Positions 30,506 through 38,753 of a DNA stretch of 64,000 bases are shown here, in pieces (within the stretch, counting starts at the first letter, position 1; every line of letters starts with the position of its first letter). This DNA comes from an uncultured Alphaproteobacteria bacterium (GTDB lineage: Bacteria; Pseudomonadota; Alphaproteobacteria; RF32; CAG-239): positions 4,162 to 68,161 of the forward strand of contig CALXZJ010000004.1 of NCBI GenBank assembly GCA_944393235.1, read 5' to 3'. A program made the position numbers and the translations under genes. Under the pieces are notes generated by a model that saw nothing but the letters and a program-made list of their open reading frames with translations, did not search any database and had not been told where the DNA came from.

Positions 30506-31621
30506 TCACACTAGCTGCATAATTAGATTATCCAACAACAAAAAACCTGCATCTGTTGCAGCCAAATAATGGTGATTATTCACAATCAAACCTTGCTGTT
30601 CTAAAAGTGTTGCATTTTTTTTATTGATAAAAGCATCAAATACCAACCCGCATTGTGCATTAAAACGGGATTTGTCAATTCCGCTCTGCAACCTCAGCCC
30701 CATAATCAACAATTCTTCAGCACGCTCTTTTGCCGTCAAAATTTCTTTATGACGTTTCGTAACAAAACCGTTATGTGCCGGAGGATTGTCAAGTGCATAA
30801 AACTTTCCGTTAATATTTAAGCGCCCATGTGCCGATTCGCCAATGCCGATATAATCGCCGCCTTCCCAGTAGCATTTGTTATGGATTGATTCGTACGTAG
30901 CTGATGCAAAATTTGAAACCTCATAGCGCGGATAACCATGTTTTCGTAAATAATCAACCGTAAATGTATACATGTTTGCAGCTCGTTCTTCATCCATAGG
31001 TTGAATGTTTTTTTTATAAAACGGCGTATTTTCCTCAATTGTCAACTGATATAATGATAAATGCTTAAAACCAAAATTGGCGGCTTGTTCCAGTTCTTTT
31101 TGCCAATCATCAAGTGTTTGTTGTGGACGAGCATAAATCAAATCCATGGAATGATTGTCGAAATTTTTTAAAACTTCCTCAATATTATACAAAGCTTGTT
31201 TCAGATTATGCGTACGTCCTAAAAAGCGTAAATCATTGTCATTAAGCGCCTGCACGCCTAAAGACAAACGGTTAATACCGGCATGCCGCAATTTGAAAAA
31301 CATATCTGAATATGCCGAATTCGGGTTGGCTTCCAAACTTATTTCAACCTGAGGAGCAACCTGCCAAAGTTTGAAAATATGCTCAAGCAGACGTTTGATG
31401 TTATCGGGAGTTATCAAGGAAGGCGTGCCGCCGCCGAAAAAAACCGAACAAATCCGTCGTTCCGGCAGCAAGCGATGATAAAAATCCAATTCTTTGAGAT
31501 AAAATCGGATAATTTCATCTTGCGGTACGTTTTTTTGCACGCGCTTAAAAAAGTCGCAGTAGGGGCATTTGCTCTTGCAATAAGGCCAATGGATATATAT
31601 AGAAAGCGGCTGTTGATTCAT
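30506..31621 (-). CDS. hemW: Radical SAM heme chaperone HemW (coproporphyrinogen III oxidase-like).
   Basis: N-terminal radical-SAM motif CxxxCxYC (YCKSKCPYCDF), 371 aa, HemN-like C-terminal domain. Confidence 0.88.
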   Translation of the reverse strand: MNQQPLSIYIHWPYCKSKCPYCDFFKRVQKNVPQDEIIRFYLKELDFYHRLLPERRICSVFFGGGTPSLITPDNIKRLLEHIFKLWQVAPQVEISLEANPNSAYSDMFFKLRHAGINRLSLGVQALNDNDLRFLGRTHNLKQALYNIEEVLKNFDNHSMDLIYARPQQTLDDWQKELEQAANFGFKHLSLYQLTIEENTPFYKKNIQPMDEERAANMYTFTVDYLRKHGYPRYEVSNFASATYESIHNKCYWEGGDYIGIGESAHGRLNINGKFYALDNPPAHNGFVTKRHKEILTAKERAEELLIMGLRLQSGIDKSRFNAQCGLVFDAFINKKNATLLEQQGLIVNNHHYLAATDAGFLLLDNLIMQLV

Positions 31622-31725
31622 ATGTTATCCTTTAAAATTGACAAATGCTTCAAAATCTGCTACATCAACAAACCAAAGTTTATAATTTTGTTTATTAGTC
31701 TTTAAATCTTTTTAATATTTTTTAC

Positions 31726-31983
31726 ATGACAGAGCAAGAGGTTTTTAAGGTTGTAATTGAAGAACTGATTAAAAAACTTCCTCATTACGCATTTCATTAT
31801 GCCACGACATGTTATGATATAACTTGTTCAGACGGGGAGTGCTGGAATTGTTATATGCGTCGTCCGCGAATTAGTAAGTGGGAAGTAAGTCAGGTCATTC
31901 CTCAATTAGAAGTTATTTTTTCCAAAAAATGTACTTTGGAAAGGCCGAATTTTTATGAGGTGATTAAATTTTTTGCAGACTGA
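31726..31983 (+). CDS. Small Cys-rich hypothetical protein (85 aa).
   Basis: ORF with CxxxxCxxxxCxxC cluster; no obvious RBS; coding status uncertain. Confidence 0.3.
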   Translation: MTEQEVFKVVIEELIKKLPHYAFHYATTCYDITCSDGECWNCYMRRPRISKWEVSQVIPQLEVIFSKKCTLERPNFYEVIKFFAD

Positions 31984-32009
31984 TTAAAAACACATCATCA
32001 TTTATGAAC

Positions 32010-32046
32010 AAAAAACGCTTACCAATGGAGGTAAGCGTTTTTTGTT
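32010..32046. terminator. Rho-independent terminator hairpin.
   Basis: acgcttacc...ggtaagcgt stem followed by a T-run; between the small ORF and the 3' end of the protease gene. Confidence 0.55.
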
Positions 32047-32061
32047 ACATGCCAAACCGGT

Positions 32062-34230
32062 TTATTTTCGTTCTTGCGGTGCCAAAACTTCAGGAGCTTT
32101 AGGCGTTGAAGACAGAATTTTTTCGGTTACCGGTTTATAAACCGTCTTTTGCCACGGGCTCGGTCTGTCATAAAGTTTTTCACAAATGGAAAGCCCGACG
32201 CTGCGCAAGGCTGTTTCAGTCGGTAAGAACAAATCTTGCCCGTTTTCGGTTTTTTGACCGGTGTGAGCAACGCCGTTGATAGTGCCAAAAGGATCAATCA
32301 AGACGCCGCCGATAGTCACATGCTGAACAAACGTATCCATCATGATTTCTGAGCCTCTGTCTTCTGAATAGCGATAACCGGTAACTTTACCGCTATTATC
32401 GATATAATTTTCACCGTCGGCAAAATTATCAACATCTAAAATACCCAAAACCATAAATCCTTCATCATTAACTTTTGGCAAGTCAAGATTTAAGGAAAGC
32501 GGCGTATAAGCGGTTGGTTCGTCAAGCATAATCAAAGCAATGTTTTTGCTGGGATTAATCCGCACGGCATGTCCGGATAAGGTTTTGCCGTTAATGGTTT
32601 TCAAAACATAAGAGTTATTTGCTTTATCAATCAAATTGGCAGAAGTCAAAACAAACGATTCGGATATAATCAATCCGGCGCCTTTTTTACCGGCATTGTT
32701 GTCGATTTCCACCACAGATGCGCGGACTTTATAAAGGTTTTCCGGGCTCAAGACATCGTAAGGCGGCCGGTCGACAATACATAAACTATCAAAAGATTTT
32801 GTATCTTTTTGAATATCAACCCAAGTATCGTCCACAACGGCAACTTCTCCGCCGGAAACAACCCCGCTTGTTTCTTTGACTAAATTATCAAAGACTTCAT
32901 ACCCGGCGATGATACCGGCATCTTCAATAATCGGCGTTACCGAAACGGGTTGGCAGTTGCATTGCTGGGTTACGGCAGGGCATTGCGGCGCTTCGGAAAA
33001 CGGGCAAATCATTTGGCATTGTTGATAGCATTGCAGTTCATTTTGGAACTGGCATTTTGCCGGGTTAAGGGCAATTTCTTCATCAATCAAAGCGTTGCGT
33101 TGCGCGGTAAGTTCCTCAGGTGTTAAACGCACCATCAGTTGGTCTTCAAAACCCGGCATATTGCGCAAATTGCTCACGGCATCGGCAAAAGCGGCTTCAA
33201 CGAGTTTAATTTCGCCGTTGTCAGAGCCGTCATACAAATCACTGTAACCGGTTGTTGTGCCTTCCCACAAAACAGCGGTTTTAGTTAAATTAGTAAGCCG
33301 CCATGTAACAGTCATTTCCGCCGAACCGCTGCGCTTGTCTTGTGCGCGTGCTTCATCCCAATTATAACCGTCGCAAACATTCATAAAGAAATCCGTAATT
33401 TCTGCCGACAAAAGGTATTCAGGCAGCGGCGAGGGGGTTGTCTGTAAGCACAAATCTTCCGGAATTTTGACCAGATTGTAACAATCGCCGGTGACTTCTT
33501 CAAAAACTTTGTTAAAGTTCATGTCTTTTTGCATAATGCGGCCTTGATTTAAGATAGCCTCTTTATCATACCGCCGGCAGCCGAAAATACGGAAACGATA
33601 ATTGCCGAGTTTCTCGCCATAAGGGGTAGACGTAAAGCTGTCATTAAGTTTAAAATCGACATGATCAAGATATAAAGGTGCCATGGCGCAACAATCACGA
33701 GCAACAGCTTGGTAGATATACGGCGTATAAGCAATTAAATAATTAGCAATTCTTGGTTGAGGGCGTTTACATGTTTCGCAAGGACCGGTGTCAATAAGCG
33801 GCCCGCTGTTATAGCAGCGCACGCATGGTCCTCCGGGAAACAGGCTCCCATCCTTATCGGCCGGATCGCTGGTCAGGCAGCTTTCGCAAGACCCGCCCGG
33901 GAACAAGCTCCCGTCTTTATCAGCCGGATCACTGGCAAAACAGCTTTCGCAAGATCCGCCCGGAAACAAGCTTCCGTCGCGATTAATCGAGGCTTCCTTA
34001 TATGAAACATTAGATGTACGGCTTTGGGCAGAAGTTGTTGCAACTGTCCGCGAAGGTTTTGTACTACGGGCAACCGATTTAGGCGGCCGTCCGCGTCTTT
34101 CCATCATATCGCGGATGGTATAAGTGGGCTGCCTTGAAGCGGCATTAATGTTATCTGCACCTGCAACAATAGCAAATAAGGCAGTTACAACAGATAACAA
34201 TAAAATTTTAGACGGCCGGTATATTTTCAT
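32062..34230 (-). CDS. Secreted protein with N-terminal tandem Cys-containing repeats and a C-terminal trypsin-like (S1-family) serine peptidase-like domain.
   Basis: Signal peptide; three 21-aa repeats DGSLFPGGSCESCxxSDPADK; C-terminal region has a chymotrypsin-fold-like pattern (GAGLIISESFVLTSANL...). The protease assignment is tentative. Confidence 0.5.
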   Translation of the reverse strand: MKIYRPSKILLLSVVTALFAIVAGADNINAASRQPTYTIRDMMERRGRPPKSVARSTKPSRTVATTSAQSRTSNVSYKEASINRDGSLFPGGSCESCFASDPADKDGSLFPGGSCESCLTSDPADKDGSLFPGGPCVRCYNSGPLIDTGPCETCKRPQPRIANYLIAYTPYIYQAVARDCCAMAPLYLDHVDFKLNDSFTSTPYGEKLGNYRFRIFGCRRYDKEAILNQGRIMQKDMNFNKVFEEVTGDCYNLVKIPEDLCLQTTPSPLPEYLLSAEITDFFMNVCDGYNWDEARAQDKRSGSAEMTVTWRLTNLTKTAVLWEGTTTGYSDLYDGSDNGEIKLVEAAFADAVSNLRNMPGFEDQLMVRLTPEELTAQRNALIDEEIALNPAKCQFQNELQCYQQCQMICPFSEAPQCPAVTQQCNCQPVSVTPIIEDAGIIAGYEVFDNLVKETSGVVSGGEVAVVDDTWVDIQKDTKSFDSLCIVDRPPYDVLSPENLYKVRASVVEIDNNAGKKGAGLIISESFVLTSANLIDKANNSYVLKTINGKTLSGHAVRINPSKNIALIMLDEPTAYTPLSLNLDLPKVNDEGFMVLGILDVDNFADGENYIDNSGKVTGYRYSEDRGSEIMMDTFVQHVTIGGVLIDPFGTINGVAHTGQKTENGQDLFLPTETALRSVGLSICEKLYDRPSPWQKTVYKPVTEKILSSTPKAPEVLAPQERK
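33836..33990. repeat. Approximately 2.5 tandem copies of a 63-bp in-frame repeat inside the 32062-34230 gene.
   Basis: ccgggaaacaggctcccatccttatcggccggatcgctggtcaggcagctttcgcaagacccgc recurs with few mismatches; 63 bp equals 21 codons. Confidence 0.7.
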
Positions 34231-34248
34231 TATACATCTCCTTAAATT

Positions 34249-35766
34249 TTATGATGCCGTTGTCATACGGCGGTAGTTTAAAGCCTCGGCAATATGCATT
34301 CTATGCACATTTGTTTCATTTTGCAAGTCCGCAATTGTTCTTGCCAACCTTAAAGTGCGGTGATAGCCGCGTGCCGAAAGCTTAAACTTGTCGGCAAAAT
34401 CGATTAAAAGCTTTTGTGCATCGTCGTCTAAAGCCACGGCTTCTTCCAGAAGTTTACCTTTGAGCTGTGAATTGGTCAAAAGTTCCGGATGTCCGAGTTT
34501 AGCGAAACGTTCTTTCTGAATATTTCTGGCGGTTGTAACACGCCTTAAAATAACCGCCGACGATTCGCCTTTGTTTTTGTTGGCAATATCCCACGGACTG
34601 ACCGGCGGCACATAGACGTGAATATCAATCCTGTCCAGCAACGGTCCTGAAAGTTTGGCCTGGTATTCCGCGGCACATTTGGGGGCTTTTGGGCATTCGT
34701 GCCCGGGAATACCTAAATTGCCGCATCGGCAGGGGTTCATGGCGGCAATCAACTGAAAACGTGCCGGATAAGTGTGATGATATTCCGCTCTGGAAACGCT
34801 GATCTCGCCATTTTCCAGTGGTTGCCGCAGTGCTTCCAAAGCGGAACGATTAAATTCCGGCAGTTCGTCTAAAAACAACACGCCGTTATGCGCAAGCGAG
34901 ATTTCCCCCGGACGTGCCTTTTTACCGCCGCCAACCAAAGCCGGTGTGGAAGAGCTGTGGTGTGGATCACGATACGGGCGGTTAAAGTCAAGTTCACCGT
35001 TTTTGAGTTCGCCGGCGATAGAATGAATAATGCATGTTTCCAACGCTTCTTCCGGCGTCAATGGCGGCAAGATTGACGTAAGCCGTGCCGCCAGCATGGA
35101 TTTTCCCGAACCCGGCGGACCGACCATAAGCATATTATGCGCGCCTGCTGCGGCAATTTCCAAGGCGCGTTTGGCACTTTCCTGTCCGCGAACATCAGCC
35201 ATATCCAGCGGATTTTTCTTTTCTTTGGCTTTGTTAGCTGTCGGTTTGGGTAAAACCTGCGTACCTTTAAAATGATTGATAAGAGCGAGCAGGCTTGGTG
35301 CGGCAACAATATCTTGCAATCCGCCCCAAACGGCTTCGCCGCCTTGATTTTGTGGGCAAATAAGTCCTTTATTTTCGCGCCGCGCTTTAATAGCGGCAGG
35401 CAAAATGCCGTTAACCGGCATAATGGTGTTGTCCAATCCGAGTTCGCCCAAAACAATATAAGAGGAAAGTTCTTCCTGTGGCAAAATCTGCATGCAGGTC
35501 AATAGCCCGGCGGCAATAGCCAAATCAAAATGCGAACCTTCTTTTAAGAGATTGGCTGGCGCCAGATTGACAGTGATTCGTTGTGCCGGAAGACTAATGC
35601 CGATGGCTTGAAAAGCGGCGCGTACGCGTTCTTTACTTTCGGCAACGGCTTTGTCCGGCAATCCGACGATGGTAAATGCCGGTAATCCGGAGCTGATTTG
35701 CACCTGCAAATCAACTTCCAAAACATCCAAACCGTTAAATGTTACCGTATTAATCCGCGCCTGCAT
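34249..35766 (-). CDS. YifB/ComM family Mg-chelatase-like AAA+ ATPase.
   Basis: 505 aa; N-terminal Lon-protease-like domain, Walker A GPPGSGKS, Cys cluster CRCGNLGIPGHEC typical of the family. Confidence 0.92.
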   Translation of the reverse strand: MQARINTVTFNGLDVLEVDLQVQISSGLPAFTIVGLPDKAVAESKERVRAAFQAIGISLPAQRITVNLAPANLLKEGSHFDLAIAAGLLTCMQILPQEELSSYIVLGELGLDNTIMPVNGILPAAIKARRENKGLICPQNQGGEAVWGGLQDIVAAPSLLALINHFKGTQVLPKPTANKAKEKKNPLDMADVRGQESAKRALEIAAAGAHNMLMVGPPGSGKSMLAARLTSILPPLTPEEALETCIIHSIAGELKNGELDFNRPYRDPHHSSSTPALVGGGKKARPGEISLAHNGVLFLDELPEFNRSALEALRQPLENGEISVSRAEYHHTYPARFQLIAAMNPCRCGNLGIPGHECPKAPKCAAEYQAKLSGPLLDRIDIHVYVPPVSPWDIANKNKGESSAVILRRVTTARNIQKERFAKLGHPELLTNSQLKGKLLEEAVALDDDAQKLLIDFADKFKLSARGYHRTLRLARTIADLQNETNVHRMHIAEALNYRRMTTAS

Positions 35767-35769
35767 ATG

Positions 35770-36096
35770 CTACCACCTCGGAACTTTTTCATCTTTGCGC
35801 CAACGTCGGGTAGGGTAGGCATCGTTTTTAAGAAAATCATATTCGGCTGGTAATGATGGAATATCCCTTAACTGAACAAAACCCTGCTTGGCAAAACGCT
35901 CGGCGCATTCTGCCGCCGTAATATCTGGAGAAGGATAACAATAAACCAATACCCTGCTTTCAAGATTTTGTAAAACAATCATTTCTTCTTGATAAGGCAA
36001 GATGTAATATATCGGTGCTTTATCCGAGTTATTGCTACCGGCACAGCCACATAACAACAAAGCTGCGGCAAAACACAGTTTTTTAACTTTTTTCAT
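35770..36096 (-). CDS. Small lipoprotein, function unknown.
   Basis: Lipobox LLLCGCAG signal; start set to the second ATG (MKKVKKL). Confidence 0.45.
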   Translation of the reverse strand: MKKVKKLCFAAALLLCGCAGSNNSDKAPIYYILPYQEEMIVLQNLESRVLVYCYPSPDITAAECAERFAKQGFVQLRDIPSLPAEYDFLKNDAYPTRRWRKDEKVPRW

Positions 36097-36291
36097 GCGC
36101 ATAAATCCTTATAATTTTTGCTTTTAGAATAATGAAAATTTATTAAAATAACCTTTATAAAAAAACACTTGCAAAAATAAACTTCTGCTTGTATATTAGC
36201 GCTTGTCCTTGCCGCAAGAAAGCTTTTTTGCGGCTATACATTAACCGGGCGGCAACGCCCATTTGTTGAGAATCCATAAGGAGAATTTTAT

Positions 36292-36639
36292 ATGGCTAAT
36301 TACGAGAGCGTGCTGATTGCACGTCAGGACTTGGGCGCCTCACAGGTTAACAGCCTTGTTGCTGATTTGAGCGAAGCTGTTAAAAAAGAAGGCGGCGAAG
36401 TCGTTAAAGTTGATAACTGGGGTTTGAAAAACCTGGCTTATCGCATCAAGAAAAACCGCAAAGGACATTATGTTTTGTTAAACATTGTTGCCCCTGCTAA
36501 AGCAATTTTCGAATATGAACGTTTGATGAGATTAAACGAAGATGTCATTCGTTACATGACCATCAAGGTTGATGAATTCAACAATGAAATGTCTTCTGAT
36601 GAAGATGTTGCCGCTGTTGAAGCTGAAGTTGAAGCTTAA
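36292..36639 (+). CDS. rpsF: 30S ribosomal protein S6.
   Basis: [14 protein letters not shown]... classic S6 N-terminus with acidic C-terminal tail. Confidence 0.95.
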   Translation: MANYESVLIARQDLGASQVNSLVADLSEAVKKEGGEVVKVDNWGLKNLAYRIKKNRKGHYVLLNIVAPAKAIFEYERLMRLNEDVIRYMTIKVDEFNNEMSSDEDVAAVEAEVEA

Positions 36640-36656
36640 GAATCAGGAGAAACAAG

Positions 36657-36881
36657 ATGGCAAAACAATCATTTTTTAAGAGAAAAACCTGTCCTTTTTC
36701 CGGCGAAAACGCTTTAAGAATTGATTATAAGGACGTTAAATTGTTGTCCCGTTTCATTTCTGAAAAAGGCAAAATCATTCCGAGCCGCATCACTTCTGTT
36801 TCGGCTAAAAAGCAAAGAGAGCTTGCTCGGGCAATCAAACGTGCGCGTTACATCGGCTTGTTGCCGTATGTGGCTCAATAA
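36657..36881 (+). CDS. rpsR: 30S ribosomal protein S18.
   Basis: 74 aa; conserved [49 protein letters not shown]. Confidence 0.95.
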   Translation: MAKQSFFKRKTCPFSGENALRIDYKDVKLLSRFISEKGKIIPSRITSVSAKKQRELARAIKRARYIGLLPYVAQ

Positions 36882-36895
36882 GGGAGGGTGCAGAT

Positions 36896-37381
36896 ATGGA
36901 AGTCATTCTTCTTGAACATGTTGAAAAATTAGGTAAAATGGGCGATAAAGTAAACGTTAAAAACGGTTATGCCCGTAACTACCTTTTGCCGCAGAACAAA
37001 GCCTTGCGCGCAACCGAAGCCAATGTCGCTTATTTTGAAAAGCAAAAAGCCGAATTGGAAGCCCGTAACAAAGCTTTGTTTGATGATGCTTCTGCCAAAG
37101 CTGAAGCTTTGAAAGGCTTTAAGGCGGTGCTTATCCGTCAGGCTGCCGAAACCGGTCAGTTGTATGGTTCTGTCACCATCCGTGACATTGCCGCCGCGAT
37201 TAAAGAGGCTGGCTTTGACGTTGAACGCCGTTATGTTTACTTAGAAAAGCCGATTAAAGATTTAGGCATTTATCAAGTAAAATTGAACCTGCATCCGGAA
37301 GTTTCCCAGACGATTCTGATTAATGTCGCCAGAACCGCCGATGAAGCTGCCAAGCAGGAAAAAGCTTTCAGCCAGGAATAG
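36896..37381 (+). CDS. rplI: 50S ribosomal protein L9.
   Basis: MEVILLEHVEKLGKMGDKVNVKNGYARNYLLPQ... canonical L9 N-domain; rpsF-rpsR-rplI order. Confidence 0.93.
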   Translation: MEVILLEHVEKLGKMGDKVNVKNGYARNYLLPQNKALRATEANVAYFEKQKAELEARNKALFDDASAKAEALKGFKAVLIRQAAETGQLYGSVTIRDIAAAIKEAGFDVERRYVYLEKPIKDLGIYQVKLNLHPEVSQTILINVARTADEAAKQEKAFSQE

Positions 37382-37398
37382 GCAAAAAGCTTAAAAAA

Positions 37399-37432
37399 CA
37401 AAAACGTCCGATGTTTCGGGCGTTTTTTTGTG
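37399..37432 (+). terminator. Rho-independent terminator after rplI.
   Basis: acgtccga...tcgggcgt stem followed by TTTTTTT. Confidence 0.6.
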
Positions 37433-37514
37433 GTATAAACTCAAAATACGAAATATGGAGAAAAGATATTCCATAGGGAGTTGCTTTTATAAAAATAAGG
37501 ATAACGTCACAATT

Positions 37515-38141
37515 TTATGACACTCTTTCCATATTCCATAAAATTTGGAACGAACAAGATGTTGTATCGTCGCAAGTTTTACAAAGTTCATGCATTTGTG
37601 ACAAACTTAAATCTTTTAAGCATGTTCGGTTATTTGTACAATGGGCATCGCCAAAAGCGCGATTGGTATGCTCACCTGAAACATCTTCATTATCTCTTAC
37701 AAACATTGTTTGCCACAGCAAAGCACTGCGTAGTTTAGACATTTGAAATAAGTTCATGCATATATCATAAGTATTTTGATTGATAAAAATTGCCATGCCG
37801 AAATACTGTTGTATGCCTGGTTCTAAATTATGAAATAATGAAACTTTATTATTAAAAACATCATAAATATAATAAGGGTTTTGATCTTTTATCATCTCAA
37901 CCGGTATAATACCCAATTTACTAAATAATGGAGCCATATTGTAATCTTGATGTCCCAATCTGTCTAAGTTGTCATAATGCAGCGTGGCATAATCTAAAAT
38001 GCTGCCGATTTGTTCGGTCTGTTTGTTGAGCTTATATTTCATCATCGCCTTGGAATAACCGGCAATTGCCCCGACGCTTAATACTCCAACAATTGCTAAA
38101 ACCCCGAGCATTTCAACCATACTTCTACCACATTCGCGCAT
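37515..38141 (-). CDS. Type IV pilin-like protein, copy 3 (MRECG / RSMVEMLGVLAIVG...).
   Basis: Same prepilin N-terminus; C-terminal CTNNRTCLKDLSLSQMHELCKTC motif; RBS ggagag upstream of ATG 38141. Confidence 0.75.
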   Translation of the reverse strand: MRECGRSMVEMLGVLAIVGVLSVGAIAGYSKAMMKYKLNKQTEQIGSILDYATLHYDNLDRLGHQDYNMAPLFSKLGIIPVEMIKDQNPYYIYDVFNNKVSLFHNLEPGIQQYFGMAIFINQNTYDICMNLFQMSKLRSALLWQTMFVRDNEDVSGEHTNRAFGDAHCTNNRTCLKDLSLSQMHELCKTCDDTTSCSFQILWNMERVS

Positions 38142-38179
38142 AACATTCTCTCCAAAATTGCAAAAAATACCTGTTTTCA

Positions 38180-38225
38180 CGTCATTCTAAACCGTTTTTT
38201 TTTTTGCAACTTTAAAGTTTGGTAG
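38180..38225 (-). promoter_or_regulatory. Conserved pilin promoter block, copy 3 (distal half diverged), T tract 11 nt at 38195-38205.
   Basis: cgtcattctaaaccg-T11-gcaactttaaag. Confidence 0.35.
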
Positions 38226-38503
38226 GCGCAAAAATATCTCTCTTTGGATGCAAAAAATTTTATGGACGCACCGTCATGCGAAACAAATGAGAAAAAGAAA
38301 AATAGACGCCTTAACCGCCGCGCTATCGCGCACCAGTGACGTTACAGAGAGGAAAATGCAACAGACGTTTGACCACAAATGCAAGGCTTTTGTGGTTAAG
38401 AATTCCAGGATCAAACCATAGAATCAAGTTTTTCTGTTGAAATTTTTATGAAGCATCATATATCACCTCTGAAAAACAAATATATTTTTATAAGGAGATA
38501 AAA

Positions 38504-38716
38504 ATGATTTATATTGAAAAAATAGCCCTCTGGCTGACAATCATCGGCGGACTTAACTGGGGACTTATCGGCCTGTTTGATTTTAATTTGGTTGGAGCTG
38601 TCTTTGGTGATTTGAGTATCATCAGCCGTATTATTTATATTTTAGTCGGCATTTCAGCAGTATGGCTGATTTATACGCAAGTTTTGCCGGAAAAAGTTGT
38701 TGTCGTTAAAAAATAA
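38504..38716 (+). CDS. DUF378-family small membrane protein.
   Basis: 70 aa, two TM helices, GGLNWGLIG motif characteristic of DUF378; RBS aaggaga. Confidence 0.6.
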   Translation: MIYIEKIALWLTIIGGLNWGLIGLFDFNLVGAVFGDLSIISRIIYILVGISAVWLIYTQVLPEKVVVVKK

Positions 38717-38745
38717 AGGGCTTTAATCAAAGCCCTTTATTTTTT
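38714..38745. terminator. Bidirectional terminator hairpin.
   Basis: aaagggcttt...aaagcccttt stem with T-run; between convergent genes. Confidence 0.6.
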
Positions 38746-38753
38746 AGTGTTTT

